Source: an uncultured Chloroflexia bacterium | Lineage (GTDB): Bacteria; Chloroflexota; Limnocylindria; QHBO01 | NCBI GenBank assembly: GCA_963825525.1 | Contig: CAWGTN010000002.1 | Location: 1 to 64,000 of the forward strand | Reading direction: 5' to 3' | Length of the DNA: 64,000 bases | Shown here: positions 53,135 through 64,000 of the stretch, one piece after another | Layout of the letters: each line of letters starts with the position of its first letter | Position numbering within the stretch: the stretch's first letter is position 1 | The notes under the pieces: generated by a model | Databases searched by the model: none | What the model was told of the DNA's origin: nothing | Seen by the model: only the letters and a program-made list of their open reading frames with translations | Translations under genes and position numbers: made by a program

Positions 53135-53599
53135 TGGCTGAGTTGGAGCTCATCGCGGATCTGAAACGGGAGCGGGAGCGCTTCTTCGGGGCGGTCGCGG
53201 CCATCTCCCCGCAGTCGATGACGACGCCGGGCCTGGTGGGGGAGTGGAGCGCCCGGGAGCTCATCGCGCACCTGGGGTACTGGGTCGGGCATGCCGCCGA
53301 GCAGATCCACCGGGTGGAGGAGGGCCGCGGCCCGGAGGCGGAGGACGAGGAGCCGTCGGTCGACGAGGTCAACGAGACCGTGGCACGCATCGCGCGCCAG
53401 ACCGACCTCGCGCGGGTGCGTGCACGCGAGGCGGCATCGGTCGAGGCGCTGATCGAGCGGCTGGAGGCCGTCGACCCGGCTCTGCTGGAGGAACAGCTCG
53501 CGGACGGATCGACGCTCCTGGAAGCCATCCGCGAGGACGCATCGGTCCACTATGCCGAGCACGCCGATGAGCTCGTCGCGATGACGGCGGCGCCGCCCA

Positions 53600-53607
<8 letters not shown>
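53134..53607 (+). CDS. DinB-like four-helix bundle protein (ClbS/DfsB- or MDMPI-like)
   Basis: GEWSARELIAHLGYW...HYAEH. Confidence 0.75.
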
Positions 53608-57208
<3,601 letters not shown>

Positions 57209-57212
<4 letters not shown>

Positions 57213-58452
57213 CGCCGTCCTCCCGCCATGCGTCCGGCGTCGGGTCGGCCGCCGCAGCCGCGCCATGGCGATGATGCCCACCAGGGGGCCGATGGCCAGG
57301 ATGGCGAACGCCACGGTCCAGCCCTCTCGCGTGCCCGGATCAAGCAGCCCCACGCCGATCATCGTCACGCCGGTCAGCAGGAACCCCGCGGCGGTCTGCA
57401 ACGCCAGGGCGGAACCGGCCGTGCCCGGAGGCGCCAGCTCGCTCACTGCGGTCGAGAACTGCGCGGAGTCGGCGACCACGGTGATGCCCCACACCACGAG
57501 CACCGTCAGCACGATGGCGGTCGGTGCTCCGAACAGGAAACCGACGACGATGGCGCTCGAGCCGGAGAGCGCCATGGCCGTGATCGTCACCGTCGTCCGA
57601 CCCAGCCGATCGGCCAACGCCCCGGCACCGATGCAGCCGACCGCTCCGGAGGCGACGACCAGGAAGGCGACGCCGCTCGCCGCGGCGGGCGGCACGTCAC
57701 CCGACAGCGCGAGCGTGGCCGCCACGAAGACCGGCACCCAGGTCCACATGGCGTACAGCTCCCACATGTGGCCGAGGTAGCCGAGGTTCGCCAGCTGCAC
57801 GCTGCGCTCGCCGAGCGCGGTACGTGCCATCCGCAGGCTGAGACGCACCGCCGGCGTGCTCATGGGTCCCTCGCGAACACCGAACCAGGCGACGGCCGCG
57901 GCGACAAGGCAGGGGAGCGGTGGCGGCCAGCACCACCGAGCGCCACTCGAGGCCGGCCAGTGCACCGAGCGACCGGAACAGGTGCGGCATCGCGGATCCG
58001 AGTGTGATGGCGCCGATCAGGATGCCGACCCCGAGGCCGCGTGACGCTCCGAACCAGCCGGACAGGACCTTCATCGCCACCGGGTACACGGCGGCGATGC
58101 CGGCGCCACTCAGCGCGCGGAGGGGCAATGCCGTGGCCAGGTCGGTGGCAAGCAGCCCGAAGGCCGCGTTGGCCACGGCCGCCAGCAGCGCGCCGCCGGC
58201 CATCAGCCGGCGGGCAGGGACGACGTCGGCGGCACCGGTGAAGGCGACCACCAGCGCGCCGACGACGAAGCCGAGCTGGACCGCCACCGTGAGCATGACC
58301 GTCTCGACCGAGCCGATCGCCCACTCCTCCCCGATGATCGGGGCCACCGCTGCGGCGCTGAACCACGGCACCAGTGCCAGCAGGACCGTCGCGGCGAGCA
58401 CGGCCAGCTGCGCCCAGCGGGCGGCGGGCTCGGGCTGGATCGACGCGGTCAC
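57209..58452 (-). CDS. MFS transporter (frameshifted)
   Basis: YPVAMK, GYLGHMWELYAMW, ADRLGR, ADSAQFST. Confidence 0.88.
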
Positions 58453-58507
58453 GCGGTCTCGGTGCCGTCGGACCGCCGGGCGACGCATCGCAGCCGCGCG
58501 ATCGGCT

Positions 58508-59338
58508 TCATCGGTCGCCCTCGGCAAGGAATGCCTCGACGATGGTGTCGTAGTCGCGGAACGAGCTGCGCACGGTGTGTCCGCAGTCGGGATCAGTCCG
58601 CAGCTCGGCACCCGGGATGGCGTCCGAAACCTGCCGCGTCGACTCGACCGGCACCACCTGGTCGAGCTCGCCCGCCAGGATCAGCGTCGGGATCGCGATC
58701 TCACCCAGCCGCCCGGTGACGAACGAGGACGGATCGAGGGTCGTGCGCAGCTCGCCGATGAATCGCTCAGGGGTAGCGGGACGAGGCTGGAGGTTGGCTG
58801 CCGCAGCGAATGATCCAGCCTCGTCCTCGGCTCCCGCCTTCATCTGGCGGGCCATGAGGCCGAAGAACGTGCCCCAGTCGCCGGCTTCGGCCAGGTCGAT
58901 CCAGCGCGCCATCCGCGAGGCCATCGGTGAGTCGGGCGGAGTCTCGGACGAGACGGCCGCAAGGACGAGCCGTGCCACCATCTCAGGATGGTCGACCGTC
59001 AGCCACAGGCTGATCCGTCCACCGCCCGATTCGGCCTCGATGGCCACCGGGCCGATCGACAGCGAACGCAGCGTTTCGGCAACGGCATCGGCAATGACCC
59101 GCGGGTGCATGATCCGCGGCGCATCGGCCGGGTCGTCGGGGAGGGGCCGGCCGATGACCGTGATGGCGCGTCGTTCCGCTCGACCGGCCCATCGGCGCGC
59201 GAGGAGCTGCTCGGTCCCGGCCAGCGGCCGGAAGCCGGTTTCCACGCCCCCGAGGACGACGAGGGGCACCCCATCGCCGCCCGGAATGCGGAACGATTCG
59301 ATTCGCCCGCCTGGGATCTCGAGTGCCTGGATCGCCAT
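58508..59338 (-). CDS. Alpha/beta hydrolase
   Basis: AESGGG nucleophile elbow, PTLILAGELD, CGH. Confidence 0.8.
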   Translation of the reverse strand: MAIQALEIPGGRIESFRIPGGDGVPLVVLGGVETGFRPLAGTEQLLARRWAGRAERRAITVIGRPLPDDPADAPRIMHPRVIADAVAETLRSLSIGPVAIEAESGGGRISLWLTVDHPEMVARLVLAAVSSETPPDSPMASRMARWIDLAEAGDWGTFFGLMARQMKAGAEDEAGSFAAAANLQPRPATPERFIGELRTTLDPSSFVTGRLGEIAIPTLILAGELDQVVPVESTRQVSDAIPGAELRTDPDCGHTVRSSFRDYDTIVEAFLAEGDR

Positions 59339-59374
59339 CGGCGCAATCGTGCCAGATGGCGCTACCATCCGTGC

Positions 59375-59674
59375 ATGGCATCCATCAGCCGCGAGGACGT
59401 CGAGCACGTTGCCGATCTCGCGCGCCTCCATCTGACCGATGAGGAGATCGGCCGCATGCAGGTGCAGCTGTCGAAGATCCTCGATGCCGTCGAGACGCTG
59501 CGCGACGTGGACACCAGCCACGTCGGCCCCACCGCCAGCGTGATCCAGCTCGAGAACGTCATGCGCGAGGACGAGGCATCAACCCCGATGCCGCGCGATG
59601 TCACCCTTGCCAACGCGCCGCTGCGGGACGACCCGTTCCTCCGGGTGCCCACCGTCCTGGAAGAAGGGCGATGA
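59375..59674 (+). CDS. gatC: Asp/Glu-tRNA amidotransferase subunit C
   Basis: ISREDVEHVADLARL, NVMRED, LANAP, FLRVP. Confidence 0.93.
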   Translation: MASISREDVEHVADLARLHLTDEEIGRMQVQLSKILDAVETLRDVDTSHVGPTASVIQLENVMREDEASTPMPRDVTLANAPLRDDPFLRVPTVLEEGR

Positions 59675-61179
59675 GCTCCGGCTCCGGGCCCGACGGCACG
59701 ATCTCCGAGGCGGTCGAAGCGCTCCGTGACCGACGCGTCAGCGCGCGGGAGCTGACCGACGCCTGCCTCGCTCGGATCGAGCGCGACGGGGAACGCCTCA
59801 ACACCTTCCTTGCCGTCGAGCCCGAGGCGGCGCAGCGTGCTGCCGACGAGGCGGATGCGGCGCTGGCCCGTGGGGACGGCGAGGATCGGCCGCTGCTCGG
59901 GATCCCGTACGCGCTGAAGGACATCTTCGTCACCCGCGGCCTCGATTTCGACGGATCCCCGCTGCCGGGAACGATGCCGACGACCGCGGGCAGCTTCATC
60001 CTCGAGGGTTACCGCTCGCCGTTTCCTTCGTCAGCCGAGGAGCGGCTGGCCGAGGCGGGGTCCATCCTGCTGGGCAAGACGAACTGCGACGAGTTCGCGA
60101 TGGGCTCATCGAACGAGAACAGCGCCTACGGGCCGGTGCGCAACCCATGGGACGAATCGACGGTCCCGGGAGGGTCGTCGGGAGGGTCATCGGCTGCTGT
60201 CGCGGGGGGCCAGGCCTACTTCGCGCTCGGGACCGATACCGGCGGCAGCATTCGCCAGCCGGCCTCGCTGACCGGAACGGTGGGCATGAAGCCGACGTAT
60301 GGGCGCGTCAGCCGCTGGGGCATGATCGCGTTCGCCTCCAGCCTGGACCAGGCGGGGCCGATTGCTCGCTCGGTGGCGGATGTGGCCCTCGTCCTCGGCG
60401 CGATCGCCGGCCACGACAGGCGGGATTCCACCAGCGTCGACATCCCGGTGCCGCAGTACGCGGCCGCGCTGGACGGGAACGTGAAGGGCCTTCGGCTCGG
60501 CGTTCCGAAGGAGTACTTCGTCGCCGGCATGGAGCCCGGCGTCGAGAAGGCCGTACGGGCGGCCATCGACGTGCTGGCCGGCCTGGGCGCCGAGATCGTG
60601 GACGTGAGCCTGCCATCGACCGATCGCGGGCTGGCGACGTACTACATCATCGCGCCGGCTGAGGCATCGGCGAACCTTGCCCGCTTCGACGGCGTGCGCT
60701 ACGGGCTGTCCGCGGGCGCCGCCGAGCTGTGGGAGAACTACACCCAGACCCGGGGCCAGGGCTTCGGAGCCGAGGTCAAGCGCCGAGTCATGCTCGGAAC
60801 CTACGCCCTCTCGGCCGGCTACTACGACGCGTACTACGTGAAGGCGCAGCAGGTCCGGACCCTCATCAAGGCCGAGTTCGACGAGGTCCTGTCAAGGGTT
60901 GACGCCATCGTGGCGCCAACCTCGCCGAACGTCGCATTCAAGATCGGCGCCAAGATGGACGACCCCCTGGCGATGTACCTCAACGACGCCTGCACGCTGC
61001 CGGTGAACATTGCGGGACTGCCCGGCATCAGCGTGCCGTGTGGCCTGTCCGATGGGTTGCCCGTCGGCCTCCAGGTCATCGGCCGCGCCTTCGACGAGAG
61101 CACGGTGCTGCGCGTCGCCGATGCCTACGAGCGGGAGGCCGGCTTCAGCCATCTGCGACCACCCACGGCGCATGCCTGA
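59671..61179 (+). CDS. gatA: Asp/Glu-tRNA amidotransferase subunit A
   Basis: KD, GKTNCDEFAMGSS, PGGSSGGS, DTGGSIRQPA, LSAGYYDAYY. Confidence 0.96.
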   Translation: MSSGSGPDGTISEAVEALRDRRVSARELTDACLARIERDGERLNTFLAVEPEAAQRAADEADAALARGDGEDRPLLGIPYALKDIFVTRGLDFDGSPLPGTMPTTAGSFILEGYRSPFPSSAEERLAEAGSILLGKTNCDEFAMGSSNENSAYGPVRNPWDESTVPGGSSGGSSAAVAGGQAYFALGTDTGGSIRQPASLTGTVGMKPTYGRVSRWGMIAFASSLDQAGPIARSVADVALVLGAIAGHDRRDSTSVDIPVPQYAAALDGNVKGLRLGVPKEYFVAGMEPGVEKAVRAAIDVLAGLGAEIVDVSLPSTDRGLATYYIIAPAEASANLARFDGVRYGLSAGAAELWENYTQTRGQGFGAEVKRRVMLGTYALSAGYYDAYYVKAQQVRTLIKAEFDEVLSRVDAIVAPTSPNVAFKIGAKMDDPLAMYLNDACTLPVNIAGLPGISVPCGLSDGLPVGLQVIGRAFDESTVLRVADAYEREAGFSHLRPPTAHA

Positions 61180-61756
61180 AATCAGCCACGTCCGGATCGA
61201 GGTGCCGGAGCAGGGGACCCTGAACCGCATCCTGCGGGAGGGCGGCGCGCAGCTCTTCCCGCAGTGGCTGTATGCCGAGCCCGGCGACGAGCCGCGCATC
61301 CGATGGTGGGGCGTCCGCGCGGCCCCCACGCAGCTGCTCGAGGTTCCCGATGCCTCGGACGCGCGCCACGGGCTCTTTCCGAGGCCTGTTGACGACTGGA
61401 CCGAAGCGCCGCGTGGCCTGGTGCTGGCCACGGTGGACCTCGAGCGCGCGAAGGCCGATCTGGCACCCGCGTTCGGGGACGCCTGGACTGACGCCGGCGA
61501 CGATCCGCTTCTCGGAGCTCGATGTCAGCGGCTGACGCTGGATCGAAGCGTCCTGGTGCTCGCCGAGCCCACGACCGAGGGCTACGCGGCGGCGTGCCTG
61601 GCACGCTTCGGGGAAGGTCCGATCGCCATGGTACTGGACGGCACGACCGCCTCCGGCCGTCCCGCCCTGACGAACCCGGTGACGCGGAGCCCGGCCACGT
61701 ACGTTCGCATCGGCCCGGGGACCGCACCGACGCTGATCTTTCTGCCGGCGCGATGA
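61172..61756 (+). CDS. Hypothetical protein, possibly VOC-like
   Basis: Overlaps both gatA and the next gene; ATVDLERA...LAEPTTEG...LARFGEGP. Confidence 0.55.
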   Translation: MPEISHVRIEVPEQGTLNRILREGGAQLFPQWLYAEPGDEPRIRWWGVRAAPTQLLEVPDASDARHGLFPRPVDDWTEAPRGLVLATVDLERAKADLAPAFGDAWTDAGDDPLLGARCQRLTLDRSVLVLAEPTTEGYAAACLARFGEGPIAMVLDGTTASGRPALTNPVTRSPATYVRIGPGTAPTLIFLPAR

Positions 61757-62571
61757 TCGATGCGGAGGCCCACAGCCGCATCGTCGAGGCGTGGCGCACG
61801 CAGCGCAATGCCCGTCTGATGGATGAGGTCGGCTGGCTCACGCTGGCCGGCCTCGGTTGGCTCAGTCCGGGGCGGAACCGCATCGGATCGGCAGAGGGCA
61901 GTGACGTTGTGCTGCCCGGCGGACCGGCGGAGGCGGGGAGCATCAACGTCACCGACGACGGAGTTCTCGCCTCGGGAGCGTTCGAGCATGACGGCCAGCG
62001 GGTGAACGACCTGCGCCTGTCGAGCGACAAGGAAGGGACACCGACGCTGCTTGAGCTGGGTCACCTGCGGCTGTGCCTGATCGAGCGCGGTGGCCGCTTG
62101 GCCATCCGGACATGGGACACGGAAGCGCCGCAACGCCGAGAGTTCGGTGGCATCGACCACTGGCCGGTCGCCCCGGAGTGGCGCATTGTCGGGACGTTCG
62201 AGCCGACGCCGGGACGAACCCTGGGCGTGCCGGATGTCCTCGGCACGATCGACCAGGCCCCGGCTCCCGGCGATGTGGTCTTCGAGGCCGGTGGCGCGAC
62301 GCATCGGCTCCAGGGCCTGGACGGAGGTGACTCGGGCGAACTGTGGATCATCTTCGCGGACGCGACCAATGGGTCGGAGACCTATGGCGGCGGCCGGTTC
62401 CTGTACACGAGTCGACCCGAGGCGGACGGGAGCGTGGTCATCGACTTCAACCGGGCGTACAACCCGCCCTGTGTCTTCTCACCGTTCGCGACCTGTCCGC
62501 TGCCTTGGGCGGAGAATCGGCTCTCGATCCGCATCGAGGCCGGGGAGATGCTCTACCGGCCTCCGGACTGA
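61753..62571 (+). CDS. DUF1684 family protein
   Basis: GWLTLAGL, FADATNGSETYGGGRF, DFNRAYNPPCVFSPFATCPLP. Confidence 0.92.
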   Translation: MIDAEAHSRIVEAWRTQRNARLMDEVGWLTLAGLGWLSPGRNRIGSAEGSDVVLPGGPAEAGSINVTDDGVLASGAFEHDGQRVNDLRLSSDKEGTPTLLELGHLRLCLIERGGRLAIRTWDTEAPQRREFGGIDHWPVAPEWRIVGTFEPTPGRTLGVPDVLGTIDQAPAPGDVVFEAGGATHRLQGLDGGDSGELWIIFADATNGSETYGGGRFLYTSRPEADGSVVIDFNRAYNPPCVFSPFATCPLPWAENRLSIRIEAGEMLYRPPD

Positions 62572-62594
62572 CCGGCCGCTACACTGGCGGGCAG

Positions 62595-63795
62595 ATGAGC
62601 ACGACACAGCCCACCCGACGCGCCACCGCCGATTTCCTGAACGACACGCGTTCGCGCCATCCCGCCTTCGGGGATCCGCCGCTTCTTCGACATGCTGGCC
62701 GAGATGAACGACGTCATCAGCCTGACGATCGGCGAGCCGGACTTCACCACGCCCGAGCCGATCACCCGGGCGGCCATCGAGAGCCTCGAGGCGGGGGAGA
62801 CGCACTACACCGCCAACGGTGGAATGGTCGAGCTGCGCGAGCTGATCGCGGCCAACCTTCGAGATCGGTATGGCGTCTCGTACGACCCGATGGCGGAGCT
62901 CATCATCACGGTGGGAGCGTCCGAGGGCGTTGACGCCAGCCTGCGGGCCACCATCAATCCGGGTGACGAGGTCATCTACCACGAGCCGTGCTTCGTGGCG
63001 TATGCGCCGTGCATCGAGCTGGCCGGCGGCAGGCCCGTGGCTGTGAGTACCACGGACGCGACCGACTTCCGCGTCACCGCCGACATGATCCGTGCGGCGA
63101 TCACGCCACGCACCAAGGCCATCTTCCTTGGCTACCCGAACAATCCGACCGGGGCCGTGCTCGACCGGGAGGAGCTCGAGGACATCGCCCGCGTGGCCGA
63201 TGAGCACGACCTGCTCGTCTACTCGGACGAGATCTATGACCGGCTGGTGTACGGCGACCACCAGCACACCGCCTTCAGCGCGTTGCCCGGCATGCGGGAC
63301 CGGACCATCCTCCTCGGTGGTTTCAGCAAGAGCTATGCAATGACCGGCTGGCGCATCGGCTACGTGGCAGCCCCACGCGAGCTCATGAGCGGGATCTCCA
63401 AGATCCACCAGTACGGGATCATGTGCGCTCCCACCTCGGCGCAGTTCGCCGGCATCGAGGCGCTCAAGAGCGGAGAGCCGCACGTGCAGGAGATGCGCGC
63501 TGAATACGACCGCCGCCGCCGGTACATGACCGACCGCTTCAACCAGATCGGCCTGCATTGCTTCGAGCCGATGGGCGCCTTCTACTGCTTCCCGCAGGTC
63601 AGTGACGCGACCGGGCTGGACGAGACGACCTTCGCCGAGAAGCTCCTCGAAGAGGAGCGAGTCGGAGTCGTGCCTGGGACGGCGTTCGGGCCTTCGGGCG
63701 CCGGTCACGTCCGCGTCTGCTATGCCACCGCCTTCGACCAGATCGTCGAGGCCATGGATCGGATCGAGCGCTTCGTGGCGCGCCACCGCGCCTGA
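62595..63795 (+). CDS. Class I/II PLP aminotransferase (frameshift near 5' end)
   Basis: PSGIRRFF, IGEPDF, PNNPTG, SDEIY, SKSYAMTGWRIG. Confidence 0.93.
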
Positions 63796-63805
63796 CCGCG
63801 CGCCG

Positions 63806-64000
63806 ATGGAGAAGACGGCCGCCCAGCGATTCAGCGAAACGGCCGATGGCTACGCCCGCACGATGGCGCCCTCATTGCGCCACATGGCGGCAGAGGTCGT
63901 GCGGCGTGCGCGGGTGCAGCCGGGGGAATCGGTGCTCGACATCGGCACGGGTACGGGCACCGCGGCCGCCATGGCCCGTGGCGATGGACGACGCGTCGTC
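63806..64000 (+). CDS. Class I SAM-dependent methyltransferase (runs off window)
   Basis: PGESVLDIGTGTG. Confidence 0.8.
   Translation, partial: MEKTAAQRFSETADGYARTMAPSLRHMAAEVVRRARVQPGESVLDIGTGTGTAAAMARGDGRRVV

Overview
High-GC bacterial sequence that looks like three unrelated pieces joined at ~23,542 and ~28,950, with a probable internal deletion near 27,648. Single-base indels break many core genes, consistent with long-read assembly error. Segment A (1-23.5 kb, Actinomycetota-like by inference): serS, a cytochrome c lipoprotein, a flavin reductase, a complete nuoA-N operon and a phoX/aminotransferase <-> GntR-enolase-glycerate kinase cluster. Segment B (23.5-28.95 kb, Myxococcota-like by inference): a Cys-rich lipoprotein, two paralogous methyltransferase-fold proteins and a MarR fusion with its operator. 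Segment C (28.95-64 kb, possibly Chloroflexota): a ~12 kb accessory region of small lipoproteins, oxidoreductases, an ssb remnant and an orphan methyltransferase, then core genes (fpr, metG, tatD, CIRCE-groES-groEL, pcrA, ligA, gatC-gatA). Best candidates for something undescribed: (1) a 36-nt hairpin-bearing direct repeat placed just after stop codons, apparently delimiting gene cassettes; (2) a ~35-bp repeat read in-frame into the C-termini of NuoF, NuoG and NuoJ; (3) an active-site-variant enolase in a catabolic cluster; (4) a MetRS whose HIGH motif reads ALHS. Taxonomic and family calls come from motif recognition, not database searches.
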